Source of the DNA: the human T2T-CHM13v2.0 reference genome, Homo sapiens
Direction: 5' to 3' (one strand)
DNA length: 64,000 nt
Assembly: GCF_009914755.1 (NCBI RefSeq)
Contig: NC_060930.1
Part shown: in pieces, positions 24,916 to 39,521 of the stretch
Layout of the letters: each line of letters begins with the position of its first letter
Numbering within the stretch: the first letter of the stretch is position 1
Notes under the pieces: generated by a model
What the model saw: only the letters and a program-made list of their open reading frames with translations
Database searches by the model: none
Told to the model about the DNA's origin: nothing
Program-made: the position numbers and the translations under genes

Positions 24916-25500
24916 TTATTTTCAAACATAGTAACAATGGGTATAATAACAAACTCAAAAAAATTATGAAAAAATTATCTTTTAATGTCATTGTTTTGTA
25001 ACATATGAAACAATAGCCATGCTTGGTGGCAACATGGGTTTATAACCAACTTAAAGTAGCATCAAGAGTTTTCGCAATTCACTGCATTATTCATCAACAA
25101 TACTTAGTCTTTAAGAATCTTAAAACACTTCAAAATCACTGAGTATTGTCAGTGGCTAATAAACAAGGAATAAAATTGAGTGATTGCTGAAACATAAATT
25201 ATTTCATAAACTGCAATGAGAATAAAGAAGTTTCAATGCCTTATCCTATACACATAAGTAAAATGGCTCTCCAGAGCATAATGTTTAAAACTATTTTGTT
25301 CACTATGAACACCACTGATGTTTTTCTTCCATCACGAAAATTTAAACATAAAAATTAAAATATTTTGAAGTAATCTGACATATATTCCAGATGCATGGGA
25401 AAAGTTAATGAGGTTCCTTCTTATACTGCACTCTCATTCAAATGAAAAAATTGTCAATAAACTTACATTATTTAAAATACTTGATTTCCTGAGAATTTTA

Positions 25501-25860
<360 letters not shown>

Positions 25861-27919
25861 TCAATTTTGAAATATATTGTTCTTATTTGAGTGCTATTTT
25901 AAAAGATGTGATGATTAGATTTAAAGATTTAGAGGAACTTTACCAGATTGGGTGACTAATCCATTTGAAACTAAAGTTAAGGATGTTAGCCAAAGAACAT
26001 GAAGAGTTACTGAACTTCAAAAAATGACCTTGAGAGCTGGGCAGTTGGCCTCAGCTTGTTGTCCCAGATATTCAGTAACTTATTATTTGTAGAGATGAGG
26101 TCTTGCCATGTTGCCCAGGCTGGGCTCAAGCAATCCTCCTGCTTCAGCCTCCCAAAGTGCTGAGATTGCAGGTGTGAGCCACTGTGCCTGGCCCATTTTA
26201 ACCATTTTTAACTGTACAGTTCAGTGGCATTAAGTACATTTGCAATGTTATAGAACCATTACTATCCTTTTTTAAAATTTTATCATTGTTACATTAAAAA
26301 AATTGTTTTTTTTAGTGTTTTTAAAATACAGACAGGGTCTGGCCATGTTGCCCAGGCTGGTCTCACACTCCTGGCCTCATGAGATCCTCCTGCCTCACTT
26401 CCCAAAGCTCTGGGATTACACGCATGAGCCACCACACCTGACCCATTTTTACATTTTAGACATTTGCACTGCTTTAGATGTTTCTATCAAAAAGAATGCT
26501 GCTACGATCATTTTAGTAAACATTTTCTTGTACATTTGTGATAATCTCCTTAAGCTGGATTTCCTAGAATGGAATTACTAAAGTAAGACAAATGAATACT
26601 TTTATGTTTTTTTAGTGCACATATGGTTTCTAAGATTTTCAATCTAAGAAATGGATACAAAGATGTGATGCAAATGTGTGCATTTTTATCAAATTATAAA
26701 TAAATGTCAATGACTTAGATATTTTTCATAATTACAATTCCATCTTTGCTGATAAACTCGAGGGTAGGTATGTGTAGAGTCAGAGTATCAGGGTCTGCTT
26801 TCTGGCAGGGTGCTGTGGCCAGGGGTGTGTGAGTGTGTGTCAGAAGGGCTATGGAAAACAACCTTTGGAGCAGAGGTGTGTTGAGGCTGGTGGGCAGGTG
26901 TGCAGATGGAATTAGGGAACTACTGCCAGCAAGAAGCCTTCAGGCTGAATTGAGCACAGATGTGGCAGAGCACCACGGGATGCATCCCTCCCTCCCCACC
27001 AGCCCCTTATACTTTTGGCTGTTGGACTGTGCAGCAGGAGTAAGAAAATGAAAAATGCAGCACATGAGAACCAAGACAAGAAGCCCCTTCCTCCTATAAT
27101 GTCCCTCTAGCATCCTATAGTGAGAAGTGTAACATTGTGCTCTCTGGAAGGGAGTCCACTCCATTATGGCAGAGCAGGTACTTAAGGCTGAATTTGGAGC
27201 TGAGAGGCAATAAATTGATAGCTAGCTGACATGAAGCCTAAAAGTTACTAACAATAGCTCATTTGAACCTCTTTGACCTACAGTAAAATTTACCTCTTTA
27301 TATGATTGAATATTGAGAAATTGGGATGGTCATTGCATGTTATGGGACACTCTTGATCTGATAACCACAGACACAGTACACTCAAGAATTTGTAGACAAA
27401 GTCAGAAAACATCACTCCTGAAATGCGGGGCAAATGTCACATTTTTAAACTAACAAAAACCAACTTTAAATGCATAGAATTAACTACCTATGGAAATCTG
27501 AGAAAATAACACAGAAAGAAATGATTTGTAAGAATATTGGTCATAAAACTAGGGTGCTATCTAAATCTTAGCACAGACCTAAATTAGCTCCCTGGAAGGA
27601 AAGACAGTGACTTAAAATCACAATAATGGAAGATAAACTAATGGGAAGACTTGCAATACAAAAGTCAAGGATATACGTTTTTTCTTTTTATTTATTTTTT
27701 GTTCTTTCTTTGTGTTGGGGATATATGTTTTTTAAAGAGTATTAGATGGTAAGAATTCATCAGTATATTCCCCAAAACTTCTAAGATTCTGATTTTTTTT
27801 AACATAGCTAAAAAATTAGCTTGACAGTGGAAAAGAACAATTTATCTGGTTTCAAAACTTCTAAGGACATACATAATCCCTTCTTCTTGAATTTTGCTTT
27901 CATAGAGGATCTTTTAATA

Positions 27920-28142
27920 CAGTTGTTGGCAAACTATTTCTGGAAAGGGACAGATGGTAAATAGCTTAGGCTTTTTGGGCCGTGAGGTCTCTGTCACTGT
28001 TACCCAACTCTGTCTTTATAGTGTAAACTCAGCCATAGATAATGTGTACATAAACAGGCATGGCTATGTTCCAATAAAACTTTATTTACAAGATCAGGAT
28101 GTGGCTAGATATCGCCTGTAGGTGATAGTTTGCTGACCCTTG
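27920..28142. mobile_element. MER58-like hAT MITE
   Basis: cagttgttggcaaactattt...tagtttgctgacccttg terminal inverted repeats, with internal ccaataaaactttatttac. Confidence 0.7.
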
Positions 28143-28919
28143 TCTAACTTATCATTTGGCTTCCAGACTGGTCAGACTCACCAGGAAGGGGTGCCTTGGG
28201 AATATTAGACATGGGGCATGTCACTCTGTTTAATTCCTATCTTGTAGGCCTGGTCATAACAGTCAGTTCTCTGGGAGCTAATCAGTTCTGGATGAGCTAA
28301 AAAGAACTAGCAACTGAGTTCCTGACCTTGGAAAGCTGAGCTCTAAAGGGATCTAGCCTCGGCGTCTAGCCTGAGTAGCTAGCTGATATGTCTCATTCAT
28401 TCATCATTCTTTTCCCCTTAATCTCTCTTCCTCTTTTTGTCATCTCTAAATGACAGCACCAATATACAGACTTCTACTTTTATTAATAGAATTTAATATG
28501 TACTACTCATCACAAACAGAGCTTGTTTAGGTTTAATAACTATGGTCTCTGTTTAAAATATTTGAATATAAGAATGAGAGAAAATATTCAGTTATAACAA
28601 GTAACTATCATGAAAACTTGTTACCTGCATTAAAAACACAAAACAATATTGTGAAAGATTATTTTGCTTCCTAATGAAATTATCATCAAAGAAGCCAGGA
28701 AACAGTTGGGAACGTTAAAAGGGAGATGCAATAAAATTATTCAGTAATTTTTTAGATTATATAATTAATGTTCTCTAATTGTCAAGAAACATAGTAATAT
28801 TATAAACTATCTAGTGACAACTGACATAATACAAACCATATATAAGTTTGAATTTATGAACATGCTATTTTGCATGCGAGGTCCATGTCCCTGCCTTAAC
28901 TTTAACCACCGTGCCTCAT

Positions 28920-30165
28920 TCTTTTTTTTTCTGGAGATAGTGTCACTCTGTCGCCCAAGCTGGAGTGCAGTGGTGCGTTCTCGGCTCACTGTAACCTCCC
29001 CTTCCTGGGTTCAAGTGATTTTCATTTTGTATTTTTAGTAGAGATGGGGTCTTCTCATGTTGGCCAGGCTGGTCTCGAACTCCTGGCCTCAAGTGATCCA
29101 CTCGCCTTGGCCTCCCAAAGTGCTGGGATTACAGGCGTGAGCCACATTGCCTGGCCACTACTCATTCTTGTTTCTCAAGCCCCTTGTTTTGGTTTCTCAT
29201 TTCTGCTTCTATTCTTCATCAGGCCCCTTTAACAACTCAGTTTGACTCATTCTTATCTACTGACTGCTTCAGCTCCCTCTCACTGGGCTCCCAGTAGGTC
29301 TACCCACTGAGACAATAGATAAAAAGCATTTGTATCTCAAGTCAAGAACAAGGGAGCTGACTTCTGCTCAGCTTCCCAAGAGCTGGATTGGGTAAACACT
29401 TTCTGCTGCACATAATTTCTCTGAAGAGGCCTGAAAGCTAGATCTAAGTTCTTAGGGCTATAGTTTTCACTTTATTTTGGGCCCTTGCAATATCAAGGAT
29501 AGTACCAAGGGGCGGCTTGGACTGCGGATGGTGGGGTAGTTTAGCTCATCCTAAATCTCCATTCAGGCTGGGCACAGTGGCTCACACCTATAATCCCAGC
29601 ACTTTTCAAGGCCAAGGCAGGTGGATCGTTCAAGCCCAGGGGTTGGGGACAAGCCTGGGAAACACAGTGAAACCTCGTCTACACACACACACACAATCAG
29701 CCAGGCATGGTGGTGCGCGCCTGTAATCCTAGCTACTCAGGAAGCTGAGCTGGAAGGATCAATTAGGCCTGGGAGGTCAAGGCTGCAGTGAGCCATGATC
29801 ACGCCACTGCACTCTAGCCTGGGTGACAGAATGAGACCCTGTCCCCCCACCAAAGAAAAACCTCACAAAATCTCCACTAGTCCCCTCCCCTCAGCCATTC
29901 TAAATAAATTATTCTTAGATGTCTACAACGGAATTTGCAGTAAATCTTTTTATGTCCTATTTGGATATGACAGTTTTGTTAAGGAATTAATAAAACAAAA
30001 GCTGGGCACAGTGGCTCACACCTGTAATCCTAGCTACTCAGGAAGCTGACGTGGGAGGACTGCTTGAGCCCAGGAGTTTGAGGTTGCAGTGAGCTATGAC
30101 TGCACACTGCTTTCCAGCCTGGGAGACAGAGTGAGACCCTGTCTCAAAAAGAAAAAAAAGAAAGA
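28920..30165. mobile_element. Alu cluster (minus ~28920-29156; plus ~29566-29860 and ~30001-30165)
   Basis: Alu consensus segments. Confidence 0.85.
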
Positions 30166-30499
30166 GGATTATTAAGACATCTTATTTACCTATAACCTTT
30201 CAAATAATTATGTAAAATGTAACTTTGAACGATAACCCCAATCTGGGGAAAAGGGAAAAATTGTACTACAACACCAGTTTTGAGTTGCTTTTTTACCTTC
30301 AGGACAAAAATGAGAGTAAGGGACAGCTTTTGTTTGTTTGTTTGTTTTAAGAGATAGTTTTAAATTATTAAGTTATTTGCTGCTCTTATCAAACTTAGAA
30401 TTATAAGCAACCTCAAAGATCATGTAGTTCAACCCATGCATTTGGAAAGTAAGGCTAAATGACATAATTATTCAAGAATATGTGCTTGATTCTATATAT

Positions 30500-31630
30500 C
30501 CAATGTCTTCTCCATAGGAAGTTATAGTTGGTCACCCCTGCCTTCTTGAATTTTTGTTTACACCATACACACTCTCCTGATTTTCCTCTTATCTTAGTCT
30601 TCTTTGCAGGATACTCCTCATCTTTCGCATCTGTATATATGAGATGCGTTCAGGGCTTAGTCCTTGATCCTCTTCTATTAATATCTATACTTACACTTTA
30701 GGTGATCTTAACTGGTCTCATGGTACTAAATATCATCTACATGCTGATAGCTCCCAGTTTGTATCTATTGCTCTGATCCTTCTACTGAACTGGATATCCA
30801 GCTGTTCACTCGATACCTTTATTTATCTAATAAATACCTGAATCTTAACATGTTCAACCTGAATTCCTGATTTTCTTCCATGTCCAGGACAATTCATGCT
30901 CATTCCATAATCTTTTCCATCTGATCCACTGCTCACCAGTTGCTCGGGACAAAATCCTTGCAGTCATCCTTGATATCTTCTGTCATGCACCCAGCCCATT
31001 AGCAAATGCTGGTTTTTTTTAATCTTCAATCGATTTCCCAAATCTGACCACTCTGACCACCTACACAAATCTAGCCTAATCAATTAACTTCCTGATTAGA
31101 TCTCTGTTCTCTCTGCTCTTCATCTTGCCCTTCTCCCCTGGAGTACTCTTCCACATGCATCCAGAAAGTCTTTAACATAAGGCCTTGCACGATCAGGACC
31201 TTACTTGCTCTCCTGTGTCATTTTCTACCAACTCTCTTCATGCTGCTCCAGCCGCTCTCGTCTTTTCGATTTTTCCCACGCACCAAGTTCATTCTTGTGA
31301 TGGGACCCCCGCACCTGCTGTTCTCTCCAGAATGCTTTTCTTGCATGGCTGGTTCCCTCACTTGTTAGGCTTCTGTTCACATGTCACTCACCCTCACAGG
31401 AGCCTTCCCCCAGCACTACCTTGATCTAAAATAAACCCCTGTCATCACTTTCTATCCCGTTTATCCTGCTTTATTTTTCTTTAGAGAATTTACTACTATC
31501 TGACATCGTATTACAAATGTATGTCTTCATTGTCTATCCACAAGGGCAGGAATTTTGTCTGTTTTTTCACTGTTAGAGCAATGCCTTGCACATCTTAAGT
31601 ATTCAATAACTAGTGACTAAATACATGACC
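30500..31630 (-). mobile_element. L2 LINE remnant
   Basis: L2-type text ending cacaagggcaggaattttgtctgttttttcactg...gtattcaataa. Confidence 0.6.
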
Positions 31631-32214
31631 AAGTATTCAGCCCTTTGAGTAAGTGGCCTCCTCTACATACAGACAGAGGAAGATCATTCTGCTTAGAGGG
31701 CACTGAAAACCCTAAAGTGGTTTCCTTTTTTATGCAGATGATCCTAATTGCTTCTGAAGCACTCTTAAAAGAAACATGAGTCCGTTTTTGTTCTCATAGC
31801 ACCTACACTTGCCATGTTCTCACTTTTGGTTGCATTGTTTTTATTTTCTTAATCTCTGATCTTGGTTATTAATAGGACAGTCAGCAAAGATTTTATCTGA
31901 TCAATACAGCATAGGATACCCGTATGTTGGTAGAGTCAAAGAATGCTGTAGACCTAAATGTTACAGTGAATCCAGTTAAAATTCTACCAGTCTGGGCAAC
32001 ATGGCAAAACCCCATCTCTACAAAAAATACAAAAATTAGCCAGGCATGAGGCACATGCCTGTAGTCCCAGCTACTGGGAGGCTGAGGCCGGAGGATTGAT
32101 TGAGCCCCGGAGGTCGAGGCTGCAGTAAGCTATGATCATGTCACTGCACTCCAGCCTGGGTGACTGATCAAGACTGTCAAAAAAAAAAAAAAAAAAAAGA
32201 GAGAGGGAGAGAAA

Positions 32215-33173
32215 TGTAGGGGTGGGTTGCCCCTCCACACCTGTGGGTGTTTCTCGTAAGGTGGAACGAGAGACTTAAGAAAGAAAAAGACACAGAGACA
32301 ATGTATAGAGAAAGAAATAAGGGGACCCGGGGAACCAGCGTTCAGCATTATGGAGGATCCCGCCAGCCTCTGAGTTCCCTTAGTATTTATTGATCATTCG
32401 TGGGTGTTTCTCCGAGAGGGGGATGTGTCAGGGTCACAAGACAATTGTCGGGAGAGGGTCAGCAGACAAACACGTGAACAAAGGTCTTTGCATCGTAGAC
32501 AATGTAAAGGATTAAGTGCTGTGCTTTTAGATATGCATACACATAAACATCTCAATGCTTTACAAAGCAGTATTGCTGCCCGCAGGTCCCACCTCCAGCC
32601 CTAAGGCGGTTTTTCCCTATCTCAGTAGATGGAACATACAATCGGGTTTTATACCGAGACATTCCATTGCCCAGGGACAGGCAGGAGACAGATGCCTTCC
32701 TCTTGTCTCAACTGCAAGAGGCATGCCTTCCTCTTATACTAATCCTCCTCAGCACAGACCCTTTACGGGTGTCGGGCTGGGGTCTTTCCCTTCCCACGAG
32801 GCCATATTTCAGACTATCACATGGGGAGAAACCTTGGACAATACCTGGCTTTCCTAGGCAGAGGTCCCTGCGGCCTTCCGCAGTTTTTGTGTCCCTGGGT
32901 ACTTGAGATTAGGGAGTGGTGATGACTCTCAAGGAGCGTGCTGCCTTCAAGCATCTGTTTAACAAAGCACATCTTGCACCGACCTTAATCCATTTAACTC
33001 TGAGTTGACACAGCACATGTTTCAGAGAGCACGGGGTTGGGGGTAAGGTTATAGATTAACAGAATCTCAAGGCAGAAGAATTTTTCTTAGTACAGAACAA
33101 AATGGAGTCTCCTATGTCTACTTCTTTCTACACAGACACAGTAACAATCTGATCTCTCTTGCTTTTCCCCACA
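32215..33173 (-). mobile_element. HERV-K(HML-2) LTR5_Hs solo LTR
   Basis: Minus strand begins TGTGGGGAAAAGCAAGAGAGATCAGATTGTTACTGTGTCTG and ends GCAACCCACCCCTACA; 959 bp; perfect 6-bp TSD GAGAAA (32209-32214 and 33174-33179); inserted in the purine-rich tail of an Alu (~31987-32200). Confidence 0.95.
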
Positions 33174-34851
33174 GAGAAAGAAGAAAGGAAGAAAGAATAA
33201 AGAAAGAAAGAAGAAAATTTTAAGTTTATACCTTTTAAAAAAGGAAACTTAAAAATCAGTAAGTTTTAATTTTTAATAAGATAAATAATTTATTCTATCA
33301 AACATCACCAATGTCAGATCATTTCAACATTATTTCTAACTTTTCAAAGTACATAGCATAAACCATAAAAGTTGTCTAACTGAAATTAAATCTTCGTGAG
33401 AGATAGTTTTAATAGACTGGGTTTTTAGCAGTGAAGTTAAAGAATGATAGTTTAGTATACAGAAAGAAACAGTTATGGTGACACTTAGTTCTTCATGATG
33501 CACTGTAAGCACAAATTGGACATCACATGATAAGTAAAAAGGATGGTCCTTCTGGCAAATAAAAATTAAATAGGTCCTCACAGTGATATGCAGTCTCCAA
33601 ACATGATCTGTCTAATTTCTCTCTCTCACCCAAAGTAAAAAGTTAAGTTGAAAGATTAAAACCTGCCTTCTTGTTACTATTTCACAAATACACCCAGATA
33701 GTACCAGATTAGTGACTAAAATCCAGATATTTTCCTTTTAGATAAATTAAGCCATATACATTGTAAAATACTTATTTTTTAAGAGAATCAATAAAGCTAT
33801 ATTTATTTTCAGTAGAAAATGTGGCTCATAGACACTTTATTTCTCTGAAATTGCCTCTCAAGAAAAAACTTGATCCTCACTATTGATCTAAGAGAAATCT
33901 GCATGAAGCAATGCTGTAGTTTATGCTTTTTTTTTTTTTTTTTTTTTCTCAAAGGTGGTGGGTGACCTCTGGAGGCAACTGGAAAAAATATACTGCTGCT
34001 TTCAAGAGTGAAGTGGGGAATGAAGAATCAGAAAGTAGATCTTTCCATTTAGAGAAGGCTTTTTCTTTTTTTTTTTTTACATTTAATCAGGGTGAATTAA
34101 AATATTTAATTTAAAAATGGCTTTACTGAACCTCAATTCAGTTAGGTAATTAATCAATTCAGTTAGGTAATAGCTACTAAGTATGTAATACAATGTTAGG
34201 GGAGAGACATATAACATCCATAGTTTCAATCTCATTGAGTTTATAATCTACTAAGGAACTGAAGATAAGTGCTAAAAGAACTGTAACACGAGGTAAAACC
34301 TGTGACAAGATTTAGGAGCAGCACAACTATATAGTTGTGAAACTAAACCAGCCTCAAGGCTGAAAGGCAGGTGAGAAAAGACTACCTACCAAAGTAGGTT
34401 TTTTTTGTTTGTTTGTTTGTTTGTTTGTTTTAACATGGATTCTCCAAAGATAGGTAGAAAAGTCCTGGTTTGGCGTCATTAGTCTACTTCAGCCCCTCTC
34501 TCACTGATTACGACTGAAAGACTCATGACAAAATACAAATGGCAACTACCTGCCGCCTCTGAAAAGTAAATAAAGAATTGAGGTAGGGAGTCAAAACTTA
34601 GAAACCTGCAAGGGGATGAATTTCCTGGCTTTTTTCTTCTTTTCTTGTGGTTTGTCCTGAGGAGAGACCCCAGCTGGGAACTGTTGGGTGGCATGGGTAG
34701 CTAAAACTCGAATAGAAATCTCATCTTTCTGTGCTGAAAGGAAATAACGGTTAGCCCAGAACTCTATTTTCAGTGAAAATATTTTCAGGAATCAAAGTGA
34801 AATAAAGACATTCTCATATGAAGGAATGCCAGCTGACCTGCTCTAAAATAA

Positions 34852-35375
<524 letters not shown>

Positions 35376-35604
35376 GTGGGGGTGCGGGTGGGGGGAAGAC
35401 TTAATGACTAAACGAATAAGTCTGGAGAGACGGGTTGCAAGGGATGATGAGACTAAGGTTTGTAGTCTGGGAGCCTAAGTGGATGAAAGTTGGAAGAATC
35501 AGGTGGAAAAGAACATTTCAAATAGACCACAAAGAAAAGTATATAACATTTTGAGGCTGTGGTACGCTTTGTTAAAGAGCAAAAGGAAAACAATTCCTCA
35601 AATC

Positions 35605-35748
35605 AGGGGGGAGGGATAGCATTAGGAGATATACCTAATGTTAAATGACGAGTTAATGGGTGCAGCACACCAACATGGCACATGTATACATATGTAACTA
35701 ACCTGCACGTTGTGCACATGTACCCTAAAACTTAAAGTATATAAAAAA
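35605..35748 (+). mobile_element. Very short 5'-truncated L1PA 3' end with 13-bp TSD
   Basis: gggatagcattaggagatatacctaatgttaaatgacgagttaatggg...cctaaaacttaaagtata plus A tail; TSD aattcctcaaatc at 35592-35604 and 35749-35761. Confidence 0.9.
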
Positions 35749-36646
35749 AATTCCTCAAATCGATGCCACGCTCCACTTCTTTACAACGATGGAATTATTT
35801 CAGGAATTGGAATTATTTCAGGAATTGTGTTTGAAACCACAGCTTTGGATCCCGATTTCTTTCTTGAGCTACTGTTACACTGTTTATATATGGCCACTAA
35901 TTCGATGACTGAGCTTGGGCAGATTGTTAATTATTTTCTATGACTTAATCTTTCTATCTGTACAACGGGGATAACGTGGAATTTGGAGTGTTGTGAGGGT
36001 TGAGATAATATACGTGATAACTTACACAATGACGTTCAACAAATACCTGTGGAGTGAAAGATGCGCGATTCATTGACAGATCTCAGGGATTTCAGAAAGC
36101 TGTATAAGGACCAGCTCTTCAGGCTCCCTTCGCTCCCCAGGAGACCGGGGAGCCGGCGCGAGGCGCTACAGTGTAATTCTTGGCCCCTTTTCCTCATAAT
36201 GGTTTGGCCGCATTTTTACCTCTTGATTTCCCTGGTCCCAGGCTGCAACTTCAGCTCGCTCCGCCATGGGGCGCACGTCCGCCAGCCTCTGTGAGCTCAG
36301 CTAAGTATGATGCCTAGGCTAGAGAGCTACGTCCGGTCTCCTAGGCAACCATATCAACTTCCGGCTTGAGGCACGATAGCGGTTGGCGAGAGGCCACATT
36401 TCCGCCACGTGACCCGCGCATGCGCCTGCTTGCTGGAGAGCGAGCGTCTTTTGACACGAACACCTGCGGCGTGCCGAAGTTCCTCTTCTCTGCCCCGGTT
36501 CCGGGCGGTCCGCTGGGAGGTGGCGCCCGGAGGGACACCCGTGCCTGGGGTCGGGGCCAGTGCTCTTCTCGGAGCTCCAGAAGTTCTGCTGAGAAGCGCG
36601 GCGGCAGCAAGACGACTTCTCCGGAGCCGCCGAGCTGGAGTTAGAG

Positions 36647-36796
36647 GTGGAGCTCCGTGGGGCCGGGCCCCCGGCTGCGGGGCAGCGGCTCCTGCAGGCG
36701 GAGGCCCCGGCGGAGAATGAGCCGGAGCCGGAGGTGGTGGTGGTCTCCTGGCAGAGCGGTGGGACCGGGAGCAAGCTGCGGTGGTTCACCACCTTG
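36647..36796 (+). CDS. MFSD4B: Probable non-AUG (GUG, or CUG at 36635) N-terminal extension of MFSD4B, 50-54 aa
   Basis: Open and in frame with ATG 36797 back to TGA 36590-36592; strong contexts gagGTGG and gccgccgagCTGG; encodes (V)[16 protein letters not shown]...LRWFTTL, which completes TM1. Confidence 0.65.
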
Positions 36797-36797
36797 A
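36717..36797 (+). other. Out-of-frame AUG uORF (26 aa) whose stop overlaps the in-frame ATG (TGATG)
   Basis: agaATGa at 36717, translating [26 protein letters not shown], with TGA at 36795-36797. Confidence 0.7.
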
Positions 36798-36823
36798 TGC
36801 TGTGTGCCTCCTTCCTGGGGCTG
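36797..36823 (+). CDS. MFSD4B: MFSD4B coding exon 1 from the first in-frame ATG (MLCASFLGL)
   Basis: ATG at 36797; donor CTG|gtgaga at 36823/36824, phase 0. Confidence 0.9.
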
Positions 36824-36940
36824 GTGAGAGCCGGGGCTGCAACACTCCCAGGCCGGGGCGTTCGAGTCTTGCCTTCGCCACTTGCAAACTGACCTTGGGC
36901 GCGTTACCTAATCTGACTGGGCCTCAGTTTCATCATCTAG

Positions 36941-38987
<2,047 letters not shown>

Positions 38988-39352
38988 AATTTAAATTTTT
39001 AATACCCAAATTCTTATTTGTGCATGTAATATATTTCAAAATGTACGAAACCATTTCAAAAATAGTTTTAATATTACATTTTATTAATACAGAATAGTCT
39101 TTTAAAGGTATTGTTCAGAAAGGAAACAGGATTGCAACAAAAAAATAATTTTTTAAAAACTGAGAGGTGTCAAAACAAAAAAAAAATAAGAGTTTTAGTC
39201 AAAACTAAAAAAACAGTAGTCTAATTCCCTACATTACATTGTAAATCCCAGACCCTCCGCCCCCCTTTTTTTTTATAGTGGAAGAAACTACCACATAGTT
39301 AGACATTATTTTAATGATTATAAGTAAAAACTTTTGTCTTTTTAAATTTTAG

Positions 39353-39521
39353 GGATTGAGTGTTGCTATAGTGGGACCCACGTTTCAAGATTTGGCAACA
39401 AACGTGAACCGAAATATCAGTAGTCTGTCTTTCATTTTTGTGGGTCGTGCCTTGGGATATTTGAGTGGCTCTGTGATTGGTGGATTTCTTGTCGATGTCA
39501 TGAATTATTTTTTACTTTTGG
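39353..39521 (+). CDS. MFSD4B: MFSD4B coding exon 2 (GLSVAIVGPTFQDLATNV...GGFLVDVMNYFLLL)
   Basis: Acceptor ttttag|G, donor G|gtaagt; 169 nt; MFS TM1-TM2 with a motif-A-like G-x-L-x-D. Confidence 0.95.

Larger units (their letters stand above)
36130..36905. promoter_or_regulatory. MFSD4B: CpG-island promoter of MFSD4B with RFX X-box, ETS/GABPA, E-box and NRF1 motifs
   Basis: High GC and CpG density; GTCTCCTAGGCAAC 36336-36349, ACTTCCGG 36357-36364, CACGTGAC 36406-36413, GCGCATGCGC 36416-36425; no obvious TATA box. Confidence 0.85.

Noticed and set aside
26770-27235. Possible ancient ERVL-type LTR remnant
   Set aside because: Resemblance too weak to assign a family or boundaries by eye
35791-35826. 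18-bp tandem duplication ggaattatttcaggaatt near the promoter
   Set aside because: TTCAGGAA lacks the 3-nt spacer of a canonical STAT GAS site; simple duplication
36319-36792. 157-aa minus-strand ORF and other ORFs across the CpG island
   Set aside because: Stop-poor GC-rich sequence gives long ORFs by chance; low-complexity products with no homology cues
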